DNA of 24,000 bases. Origin: Nitrososphaerota archaeon (GTDB lineage: Archaea; Thermoproteota; Nitrososphaeria_A; Caldarchaeales; Calditenuaceae). This document shows, piece by piece, positions 7,872 through 15,131 of the stretch (its first letter is position 1; every line of letters starts with the position of its first letter). The stretch is from NCBI GenBank assembly GCA_033581555.1, contig JAVQSZ010000008.1, positions 3,001 to 27,000 on the forward strand. The letters are read 5' to 3'. The notes under the pieces were generated by a model. It ran no database searches. It saw only the letters and a program-made list of their open reading frames with translations, and was not told the DNA's origin. The translations under genes were made by a program, and so were the position numbers.

Positions 7872-9415
7872 GACACCTCACCCAATATGAAACTCTCGAA
7901 TAGATGATCTAACACCGACGCATCCTCCTTCGCGCAAGCGGCGGTGAATGCCGCAGCCATCGCGTTGGAGCTAGCGAGTATGAGAGGGTACTTCGCGAGC
8001 ATCGACGTCTGAGCCCACTGAGGATCCTCGCTGGTGCCGACGATCCTGATCGCAACCCTCTTACTCGCGTTGGCCTCCAACGCAGGCCCTATCTCCCCTA
8101 AGGTCCTAGAGGTTACGTCTTTCGGAGCTCCGTACCCGATGATTAAGTCAAGCGCGATCGATCCGGTCTCAGGCGACATCAGCTCCTGAGCTATCCGCCT
8201 GTTCCTCAGCGAGGGATCTATTATGGGATGAACCCTGCCAACGGTGAACTCCTCCGACCCGTAATCGACCACAGTTGCCCCCTTCGAGCGCAACGGGTCG
8301 TCGAGCTTTCTGGTCCAAGGCAGTCCTAGATTCGAGTGTACCTCGATTCCCGCCTCGTTCCACAGGAAGGCCGTCTCAGTCGCGAGCGTCCCGCCGCAAA
8401 AGAACCCACGAGGATATCTACCTCCGTCGACCTTCAGTTTGAGCGAGTCCACTTCCTTCTCAAGGGCTGAGAGGGCTCTGATGTAGATTTGAGGCGAAAT
8501 AAGAGAACAGGCTTTCAGCGCTGCTGCGTGTAAGGTTGAGAGCTGTGGATGATCGCTGATCTTCTCTTTATGTCCGAGCAGACATAGCAATAAGGGCTTG
8601 TTGATCCTTATATCTTCTAGAATTCGTCTCACAAGTTCCGCGTCTGACTGCTTAGCTAACAGCGCGACGACCTTCGTGTTCTTGTCCCTGTCCAGGAGCA
8701 TCAACGATTCACGCGTCATCAATCCGCCTACGTCTCTGGTCATGTCGCGTCCTCCCACACCGATCGCGTGGGAGATGCCCACGCCTAAGTCGTGCAGTAT
8801 GACCGACAGCTCCTGAATGCCCGAACCGGACGATGCGACGACTCCCACTGGCCCCCTGATGACCCTGTTTGCGAACCCGAAACCCACGCCCTCGATTATT
8901 GACGTCCCGGCTTCCGGCCCCATCACGAGGAGGTTCCTCGCGGCGGCCTCGCGCTTCATGGCCACCTCTACTTCTATCGGGACGTGGTCGCTGAAGACGA
9001 AGAGGTTGACTCCCTTCTCGAGGAGCTTGAACGCGACGTCCTTCACGTGATGTCCGGGGATCGATATCGACGCCATCCTTATGTCCGGGTTCTCGCGCAG
9101 GGCGTCTTCTACGCTCAGGTATCTGGCGGTTCGGGGCTTCACCTGGAACAGGACCTCTCTGGCGCTCTTCAGAACGTCCTCTGTTAGCCCGACTCCCTTG
9201 AGCGCAATCAGTATGTCGTTTGGCCCTGCACGGTCGCCCTCCGGCGTTAAGATCCCCTGCGACCTCAGGAGGTCCTTGTTGGCTTTGGTGGCCATGACGA
9301 CAGCGACCTCGATCACCCCTGGCAGCCTCTTGATCGCCTCTGAGGCCTCCATCAGCTGCACCGAATCCCGGTAGAGGCCCCGCACCACCAAGTTGATTAC
9401 ATCGACTGAACCCAC
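7868..9415 (-). CDS. fdrA: FdrA-family protein (succinyl-CoA-synthetase-alpha-like, 'acyl-CoA synthetase FdrA' / AllF-like)
   Basis: The motifs YRDSVQLM, LLVMGPEAGTSII, ASSGSGIQEL, SHAIGVGGRDMTRDVGG and EFTVGRVHPIIDPSLRN closely parallel E. coli FdrA as I recall it. The track ORF extends to TTG 9439, but that codon abuts the TATA box at 9441-9450. GTG 9415 gives an N-terminus matching homologues in length and sits about 30 nt from the TATA centre. Confidence 0.88.
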   Translation of the reverse strand: MGSVDVINLVVRGLYRDSVQLMEASEAIKRLPGVIEVAVVMATKANKDLLRSQGILTPEGDRAGPNDILIALKGVGLTEDVLKSAREVLFQVKPRTARYLSVEDALRENPDIRMASISIPGHHVKDVAFKLLEKGVNLFVFSDHVPIEVEVAMKREAAARNLLVMGPEAGTSIIEGVGFGFANRVIRGPVGVVASSGSGIQELSVILHDLGVGISHAIGVGGRDMTRDVGGLMTRESLMLLDRDKNTKVVALLAKQSDAELVRRILEDIRINKPLLLCLLGHKEKISDHPQLSTLHAAALKACSLISPQIYIRALSALEKEVDSLKLKVDGGRYPRGFFCGGTLATETAFLWNEAGIEVHSNLGLPWTRKLDDPLRSKGATVVDYGSEEFTVGRVHPIIDPSLRNRRIAQELMSPETGSIALDLIIGYGAPKDVTSRTLGEIGPALEANASKRVAIRIVGTSEDPQWAQTSMLAKYPLILASSNAMAAAFTAACAKEDASVLDHLFESFILGEVS

Positions 9416-9440
9416 GTCAGTCGCGCTCTGGAGGTGCAAT

Positions 9441-9450
9441 ATTTATATTA
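9441..9450. promoter_or_regulatory. Shared, near-palindromic TATA box for the divergent fdrA-like and cyclase genes
   Basis: The sequence atttatatta is the only AT-rich element in the short divergent gap. GTG 9415 (minus strand) lies about 30 nt from its centre and ATG 9478 (plus strand) about 32 nt. This fits archaeal TATA-to-TSS spacing with leaderless mRNAs in both directions. Confidence 0.55.
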
Positions 9451-9477
9451 GTGTCCCGAGGCGTGATGATCGCGACC

Positions 9478-10275
9478 ATGTCTGCCGTCGTAGATTTATC
9501 AAAGGTGAAAATATATGACTTGTCCCAGCCGACCAGCGCCAGAGCTCCGCCGTTCATGTATTACCCTCCGTTCAAATGGACGTGGATCAAGAGGCTTGGC
9601 GAGCATGGCGTCAACGCGATGTACATCGAGGGGCCGCTTCACACGGGCACACACTTCGACGGCCAGCTGCACTTCATGACCGGAGGGAAGGACATAGCCA
9701 GCATCGACGTCAGCTACTTCATCGGTGAGGGGGTCATAATCGACATCAGCAAGCACGTCGGCGACTACGACATCTATACTAGCGACGTGATCGAAGAAGC
9801 GGCGAGGGAGGCGGGCCTTCAGATAAAGCCCGACGACATACTCCTCATCTACACGGGTTACAGCCGCTACGCATGGTGCGGCCCGGAGCCCGACGAGGTG
9901 CGGTACATGTGCAAGCACCCGGGTCCGGACATCAGGTTCGCGAGGTGGTGCATAGAGAAGAGGATCAGGTGGCTCGGCGTCGACGCGATGTCACAGGACC
10001 ATCCGCTGAACACCGTTGTCAGGAGGGCGAGGCCCGACCTGGTGGCTGAGGCTGAGAGGAAGTGGGGCAAGAAGATCGACGAGGTGTTGCCCTGGCCCGA
10101 GAACTACCAGGTGATGCACGTCATGCTCTTCCCGAGGATGATTCTTCACGTCGAGAACCTGGGCGGGGAGATCGAGAAGGTCGCCAACAGGAGGTGCCTG
10201 ATCATAGCGCTGCCGTTCAAGTTCGAGGGGGGAGAGAGCGCGTACTGCCGAGTGGTGGCCCTCACCGCTGAATGA
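9478..10275 (+). CDS. Cyclase-family protein (PF04199-type metal-dependent amidohydrolase, kynurenine formamidase / isatin hydrolase-like)
   Basis: HTGTHFDGQLHF matches the family's HxGTHxDxxxH metal-binding motif. LGVDAMSQDHP and HVENL are also family-like. The track ORF opens at GTG 9451, directly abutting the TATA box, so ATG 9478 (MSAVVDLSKVKIYDLSQP...) is the likely start. Confidence 0.8.
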   Translation: MSAVVDLSKVKIYDLSQPTSARAPPFMYYPPFKWTWIKRLGEHGVNAMYIEGPLHTGTHFDGQLHFMTGGKDIASIDVSYFIGEGVIIDISKHVGDYDIYTSDVIEEAAREAGLQIKPDDILLIYTGYSRYAWCGPEPDEVRYMCKHPGPDIRFARWCIEKRIRWLGVDAMSQDHPLNTVVRRARPDLVAEAERKWGKKIDEVLPWPENYQVMHVMLFPRMILHVENLGGEIEKVANRRCLIIALPFKFEGGESAYCRVVALTAE

Positions 10276-10281
10276 GCGGGC

Positions 10282-11544
10282 ATGGAGGCGCTCAAAGAGG
10301 AGATCGAGAAGGCGAACAACAAGTGCCTCGACCTGATGATGGAGGCGAGGCCCCTTCTCGTGGACGTCGTAGAGGCGCGGAAGGTCATACCATTCCTCGC
10401 GAAGGAAAACTGCCTCACGCACGCGGGACCGCCGATCGACTGGGAGAGGGCCAGTGGTCCCCTGAGGGGTGCGATAATCGGGGCCGCGATCTACGAAGGA
10501 TGGGCCGAGAACGAGGAGGAGGCGACCAGGCTCGCGGAGAGGGGTGAGATAGTCCTCGAGCCCAACCACCACCACTCGGCGGTCGGTCCGATGGCTGGCG
10601 TCATATCCCCGTCGATGAAGGTCTTCGTGGTCAGGGATAGCGACCTGAGGACTTACAGTAACCTCAACGAGGGACTTGGGAAGGTCCTGAGATACGGCGC
10701 CTACTCCCCCGACGTGTTAGAACGCCTCCGGTTCCTGAACGAGGTCGTCGGCTCGGTTCTCTCGGAAGCGGTGAAGGAGCACGTCCGCGATAAGGGGGGT
10801 ATAGACTTGAAGAACATAATGGCTCAGGCGGTCCACATGGGCGACGAGTGTCACAACCGGAACGTCGCGTCAACGTCTCTGTTCTACAGAGAGATTTCGC
10901 CCTATGTTATCGACGTGACTGATAGAGAGACGGCCAAAACGGTGCTCAGGACGATAGACTCCAACATCTTGTTCTTCCTGAACATGGCGATGGCGGCCTG
11001 TAAGCTGATGGCTGATAGGGCCCACGGCGTCAGGCACAGCACGATCGTGACCGCGATTGCGAGGAACGGCACGGACATCGGCATCAGGGTGAGTGGGCTC
11101 GGGGACCGGTGGTTCACGGCTCCGGCGACTGTACCGAAGGGGCTGTACTTCCCCGGATTCGGGGAGTCTGACGCTAACCCCGACATAGGCGACAGCACGA
11201 TAACCGAGACCGTCGGACTCGGTGCGGCTGCTCTCGCAGCTAGCCCGGCGATCGTGAAGTTCATCGGCGGGGACGCGAAGACAGCGATCGAGATCACCGA
11301 CAGGATGGCGAAGATCTGTCACGGCAGGCACCGTTACTTCACGATCCCCTACCTCGAGTTCGAGGGTACCCCCACTGGCATAGACATCAGGAGGGTGCTG
11401 CGACTCGGTCTTCCGCCCGTTGCCGACACGGGCATAGCGCACAGGGAGGCAGGGGTGGGGCAGATAGGCGCAGGGATCGTCGAGCTGCCGATCGAGCCCT
11501 TCAAACAGGCCTTGAGGAAGTACGCCGAGGTCTACGGGGTTTGA
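10282..11544 (+). CDS. DUF1116-family protein (YlbE/AllG-like)
   Basis: The 420-aa length matches the roughly 419 aa of E. coli YlbE. The N-terminal region ...VIPFLAKENCLTHAGPPIDWERASGPLRGAIIGAAIYEGWA resembles the DUF1116 family as I recall it. The start is 6 nt after the cyclase stop, so the two genes form an operon. Confidence 0.7.
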   Translation: MEALKEEIEKANNKCLDLMMEARPLLVDVVEARKVIPFLAKENCLTHAGPPIDWERASGPLRGAIIGAAIYEGWAENEEEATRLAERGEIVLEPNHHHSAVGPMAGVISPSMKVFVVRDSDLRTYSNLNEGLGKVLRYGAYSPDVLERLRFLNEVVGSVLSEAVKEHVRDKGGIDLKNIMAQAVHMGDECHNRNVASTSLFYREISPYVIDVTDRETAKTVLRTIDSNILFFLNMAMAACKLMADRAHGVRHSTIVTAIARNGTDIGIRVSGLGDRWFTAPATVPKGLYFPGFGESDANPDIGDSTITETVGLGAAALAASPAIVKFIGGDAKTAIEITDRMAKICHGRHRYFTIPYLEFEGTPTGIDIRRVLRLGLPPVADTGIAHREAGVGQIGAGIVELPIEPFKQALRKYAEVYGV

Positions 11545-11631
11545 ACGCAGCAACTCCGTGCGGCGACCCGCGACCGCCCTTCGGACTCTTCGCCAATCGC
11601 TCGGCGCCTCGCGACGTGATAGATCGCTCGA

Positions 11632-11719
11632 TGGACCGGGCGGGATTCGAACCCGCGACCTCCCGCAATTTGGAATGCCGTCTCGCCAAGCGGGCGATCT
11701 ACCACTGATCTACCGGCCC
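11632..11719 (-). tRNA. tRNA-Ala (anticodon GGC) with a 16-nt intron in the anticodon loop; CCA not encoded
   Basis: The minus strand reads GGGCCGG-TA-GATC-AGTGGTA-GATC-G-CCCGC-TTGGCG[intron region AGACGGCATTCCAAATT]GCGGG-AGGTC-GCGGG-TTCGAAT-CCCGC-CCGGTCC-A. All four stems pair. The G3:U70 Ala identity pair is present. The intron contains CCAA, complementary to TTGG of the loop/anticodon. Confidence 0.9.
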
Positions 11720-11741
11720 GCCATCATTTAACATCAGAGCA

Positions 11742-11750
11742 GAATTTTAG
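11742..11750 (-). promoter_or_regulatory. TATA-like box for tRNA-Ala
   Basis: The minus strand reads ctaaaattc, centred about 27 nt upstream of tRNA position 1 (11719). Confidence 0.45.
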
Positions 11751-11793
11751 CCTCGCTCTCCGATAGCCTATAAACTCGGTCTATTGGGTGGGC

Positions 11794-12603
11794 TCAGACC
11801 CGAGAGAGAAGCCTGAGGAGTTCTCCTGCTCGCCTCTCACATTCCGAGAGGTCCTCGTTGAGGGCCCACACCCAGTAGAGCTGGAAGACGCCCAAGGTGA
11901 TCAGCGTCAGGAGGGCGTAGAGCAACGTGCTCCTCTTCCCGATCCTTCTCCTCTTGACTGAGTCGCTGACGGGCACTAACCTCGAGACCGACTCGAAGCT
12001 GAAGCTCACTGACCGGTCGAGGACGCCGAGGAGCCCGTTCAGCGAGTGAAGGGCGTAGAGCAGCAAGACCACGTGGAGGAGGGCGATGACCAAACCGACC
12101 GTTCCCAGCGCCATGATCAGCGAGAGCTCCTCGACGGCCGCGAGGGGGTCCGCCGCGACCTCCAGAGCGAGCGAGGAGACGACCGTCGATAGCGGTGCAG
12201 ACGCGACGAGGAGCGCCCCAGCGACGACCAGAAGGGGCCACGGGTTCTGGAGGACGGAAGGGTTAGCCAGCTCGTCCGAGACCCTTTCGAGGCTTCCGGC
12301 GACCAGCGCCCGAGTCGCATCTCCCGACGACTTGAGCTCGACCGACTTCCCGCGCAGCGCGTCGACCAACTGAGCCGCCGTGGACCTCGCCTCGGACCTC
12401 ATTACGCCGAGGAAGTAGACCGTCATCAGGCCCCAGAGGAGACCGATAGAGGTCGAGGCGACCGACAACCCGAATACGGTGGGAGGGGGGTCCTCACCTG
12501 TGAGGCCGGCCGAGAGCTGAACCAGAACCCATGGAACTGAGATCGTGCCCCCCACGAACCAGACCAGCACCCAGACGACCATCAACGGCCTTGGGACCGC
12601 CAT
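11794..12603 (-). CDS. Hypothetical polytopic membrane protein with a DUF4234-like C-terminal segment
   Basis: 269-aa ORF with several hydrophobic helices. The C-terminal STLLYALLTLITLGVFQLYWVWALNEDL resembles the DUF4234 motif as I recall it. Its start overlaps the 3' end of sppA by 22 nt, which implies co-transcription. Confidence 0.6.
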   Translation of the reverse strand: MAVPRPLMVVWVLVWFVGGTISVPWVLVQLSAGLTGEDPPPTVFGLSVASTSIGLLWGLMTVYFLGVMRSEARSTAAQLVDALRGKSVELKSSGDATRALVAGSLERVSDELANPSVLQNPWPLLVVAGALLVASAPLSTVVSSLALEVAADPLAAVEELSLIMALGTVGLVIALLHVVLLLYALHSLNGLLGVLDRSVSFSFESVSRLVPVSDSVKRRRIGKRSTLLYALLTLITLGVFQLYWVWALNEDLSECERRAGELLRLLSRV

Positions 12604-13577
12604 ATCCGTATCTCCTCCGAGAACAGGAAGTGCGCCACGTGTGAGGGCTCGATGTACAGGACCTTCATGCCACCCGGAGAGAGCGGCTCCCCTCCAGCCG
12701 GGATCGGTATCGGGAGACGAAACGCGGTACCGGTGGCCACCCTCAGCTCCCTCACCGGGGCGTCCCTGGGAAGCCCCGCGAGTTCCCTCGCCCTCGAGAC
12801 GGCGTCCTCGTAGGTCCCGACCTCGTCGATGAGCCCGGCGTTCAGGGCCTCCAGTCCCAAGAAGACCTTCGCGCTGAAGACGTCCCGCTCGTAGGCCGGG
12901 TTGAGTTTGTCTCTGGTCTTCCTCACCACTTCCGCGAACTGCCTGAAGGCCGCGTCCACGAGCTCCCGCAGGAACCTGACATCGGTCTCGGTGATCTCCC
13001 GGAGGCTGTTCCCGACGTCTTTGTACTCGCCGCTCTTGACGGTGACGACGTCTATCCCCAAGGTGTCCAGAAGCCCCTTGAAGCTCACCAGCGTTCCGAC
13101 CGCTCCGACCGAGCCGACCATAGATGCGGGGTTGACGACGATGTGGTCCGCGGCCAACGAGATGTAGTAACCGCCCGAGGCCGCGAGCCCGCCGACGTAA
13201 ACGACGACCGGTGTTCTGGTCTCGCGCCTGAAGTTCAGTATCCTGACGTAGATCTCATGGGTGGCGGCCACATCTCCTCCGGGGCTCTCCACCGTGAAGA
13301 CCAGCGCCCTGCAACCCTCTGACCTGGCCCTCTCGAGGACCTTCCTGACGAGCTCCGGTGTGATGGAGTCGGACCCCGTGAGCAGCGACGGCTCCGCCAC
13401 GGTCACTATCGGGCCCTTCAGCGCGTAGGTGCAGACCGATTGGGGCTGGAAGAGGGCGACGGACGTCCTCGGGAACTGCGTGAGGCCGAAGATCAGGCCG
13501 AAGAGGGCGCTCACCAGCAATATAATCGCGAGCGGCAGAAGATGCCTCCTCAGACCCGAACCGAGCTTCATCGTCAT
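12582..13577 (-). CDS. sppA: Signal peptide peptidase SppA (S49 family, 36K type)
   Basis: There is an N-terminal TM anchor (LLPLAIILLVSALFGLIFGL). GGLAASGGYYISLAADHIVVNPASMVGSVGAVG carries the catalytic Ser, and KSGEYKD carries the catalytic Lys region. Confidence 0.9.
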   Translation of the reverse strand: MTMKLGSGLRRHLLPLAIILLVSALFGLIFGLTQFPRTSVALFQPQSVCTYALKGPIVTVAEPSLLTGSDSITPELVRKVLERARSEGCRALVFTVESPGGDVAATHEIYVRILNFRRETRTPVVVYVGGLAASGGYYISLAADHIVVNPASMVGSVGAVGTLVSFKGLLDTLGIDVVTVKSGEYKDVGNSLREITETDVRFLRELVDAAFRQFAEVVRKTRDKLNPAYERDVFSAKVFLGLEALNAGLIDEVGTYEDAVSRARELAGLPRDAPVRELRVATGTAFRLPIPIPAGGEPLSPGGMKVLYIEPSHVAHFLFSEEIRIWRSQGR

Positions 13578-13648
13578 CCGGATCCTCCCGGATCTATTAA
13601 CAGTTGAGCCGTTCTCTGGGCCACGAGCCGACGTCTCAGCCCCCGAGC

Positions 13649-13660
13649 GATTTACTTATC
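13649..13660 (+). promoter_or_regulatory. TATA-like box for tpiA
   Basis: The sequence gatttacttatc is centred about 28 nt upstream of GTG 13683. Confidence 0.45.
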
Positions 13661-13682
13661 CGGCCGGAATCCAGCGACGGTC

Positions 13683-14393
13683 GTGAAGGGGTGGTCCTTT
13701 CCCGTCGTGGTCCTGAACTTCAAGGCGTACAGGGAGGCGGTGGGAAGCGGTGCGGAGAGGCTCGGGTACGTCGCGGAGACCGTCTCGAGGGAGCTCGGGG
13801 TCACCATCGCGGTCGCGGTCCAGCCGACCGACGTCTACAGGCTCTCCGGCAGGCTCGAGATACCCGTCCTGGGGCAGCACGTCGATCCCCACGAGGAGGG
13901 GAGCTGGACGGGGCACGTGACCGCGTTCGCGCTGAGGGAGGCGGGAGCAGCGGGGAGCCTCCTGAACCACTCCGAGAGGAGGATAGGGCTCTCCGAGGTC
14001 GCGGCCGCGGTCGAGCTCCTGAGGAAGGAGGGGCTGAAGTCGATCGTCTGCGCCGACACGCCGCTGACCAGCAGGGCCGCGGGCGCTCTGAGGCCGGACA
14101 TGGTCGCGGTCGAGCCTCCGGAGCTGATAGGGACAGGGATATCGGTCTCGAGGACCAGGCCGGAGGTCGTCACCGACGCGGTGAGGATGCTGGCCTCTGT
14201 CGAGCCGAAGGTCCCGCTCCTCTGCGGCGCGGGCATCTCTACCCCTGAGGACGTCTACAGGGCGATCGAGTTGGGAACGGTGGGCGTGCTGGTCTCGTCG
14301 GCGTTCGTGAAGTCCAAGGACCCCCAGCAGACCCTCACGGGCTTCTGCGAGGCGGCGCTGAAGGCATTCGAGCGGAGGGTCAATAGACTTTGA
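13683..14393 (+). CDS. tpiA: Triosephosphate isomerase, archaeal short type
   Basis: 236-aa ORF containing VVVLNFKAYREAVG, LLNHSERR, AVEPPELIGTG and LCGAGIS, the hallmark motifs of archaeal TIM. It starts with GTG. Confidence 0.93.
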   Translation: MKGWSFPVVVLNFKAYREAVGSGAERLGYVAETVSRELGVTIAVAVQPTDVYRLSGRLEIPVLGQHVDPHEEGSWTGHVTAFALREAGAAGSLLNHSERRIGLSEVAAAVELLRKEGLKSIVCADTPLTSRAAGALRPDMVAVEPPELIGTGISVSRTRPEVVTDAVRMLASVEPKVPLLCGAGISTPEDVYRAIELGTVGVLVSSAFVKSKDPQQTLTGFCEAALKAFERRVNRL

Positions 14394-15024
14394 TCGCGAC
14401 CAGCTGAACAGGGACGTAGGAGTCGCTCGGGACCACCGCTGCTACCCTCTCCTCCACCTCGACCTCCACCTCCTGAATCGCGCCCGGGACGAGCGACTGC
14501 CCGAAGTATCCGAAGTCCTCCCTGTAGGGAGCGAGCCTGACGGGAGAACCGTCGGAGAGGTACGCGAGGACGACCGGAGAGGAGGCGAAGGCGCGTGCCG
14601 CTTCGGGGACCGCGACGAGGGCCTCGATCTTCGTCCCGTTCTCGCCCACGGTCAGTCTCACCTCCTCGAGCCTGACCCTCTTGATCTCGAAGGTCATCTC
14701 GACGGTCAGGTCCCTCTCGACGCGGACCTCCAGCACCACGACCGCGAACCTCGAGTCCGGAAGCTTCACGTATGAGCTGTAACGCCCGGGGGCCGCGCTG
14801 AACCTGAACGTCCCGTCTCCGCCGGTCATCCCCTTCTCTAGCCCCAGGGCCACGAGCGCGCCCTCAACGGGCCTCGGTCGGCCGTCCTCCGACATCAGGA
14901 CCCTGAAGGTCACCTCACGGGCCAGCGAGAGGCCAAAGCCCTCGCTGACGCTCCCCGACGAGCTGAAGGCGGTCAGGAGGAGGATCAGCGCCGCGCCGAT
15001 CGCGGCCACCCCGGCCCACCTCAT
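14380..15024 (-). CDS. Hypothetical secreted or membrane-anchored protein, possibly with a carboxypeptidase-regulatory-like beta-sandwich domain
   Basis: The N-terminal signal/anchor is MRWAGVAAIGAALILLLTAF. The segment PVEGALVALGLEKGMTGGDGTFRFSAAPGRYS resembles the CarboxypepD_reg pattern. GC3 bias supports this frame. Confidence 0.6.
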   Translation of the reverse strand: MRWAGVAAIGAALILLLTAFSSSGSVSEGFGLSLAREVTFRVLMSEDGRPRPVEGALVALGLEKGMTGGDGTFRFSAAPGRYSSYVKLPDSRFAVVVLEVRVERDLTVEMTFEIKRVRLEEVRLTVGENGTKIEALVAVPEAARAFASSPVVLAYLSDGSPVRLAPYREDFGYFGQSLVPGAIQEVEVEVEERVAAVVPSDSYVPVQLVAIKVY

Positions 15025-15131
15025 ACCCCAGTCGGACTCGGGGCTCAGCCATTAACGTGACTCAACGGTCACCCCCGGACGGTCTAGCCTCCATGGAAAC
15101 TCAAATCTCTGGGCGGTGGGGTGGGTCCGTG

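Noticed and set aside
11501-11689. 62-aa minus-strand ORF
   Set aside because: It overlaps the tRNA-Ala gene and its trailer. The tRNA fold explains the sequence.
11545-11793. Possible C/D-box sRNA or other ncRNA flanking the tRNA (CTGA and ATGATGG-like strings, and an 8-nt repeat atcgctcg at about 11594 and about 11622)
   Set aside because: The box-like strings are in the wrong 5'-3' order for a C/D RNA and lack terminal pairing. The repeats are too short to interpret.
13578-13594. Direct repeat ccggatc-ctc-ccggatc (with embedded TCCGGA/GGATCC palindromes) immediately upstream of the sppA start
   Set aside because: It is short and occurs once. It could be a regulator site, but nothing else supports that, and it may simply be 5'-UTR or promoter-proximal sequence.
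13604-14248. 214-aa plus-strand ORF overlapping tpiA in another frame
   Set aside because: The tpiA frame carries all the archaeal TIM motifs, whereas this frame gives an RG-rich nonsense-like product.
15057-15072. Inverted repeat GTGAC-n6-GTCAC in the divergent region upstream of the nucleotidyltransferase gene
   Set aside because: The arms are only 5 bp, which is expected by chance at this window size. There is no second copy or other support.
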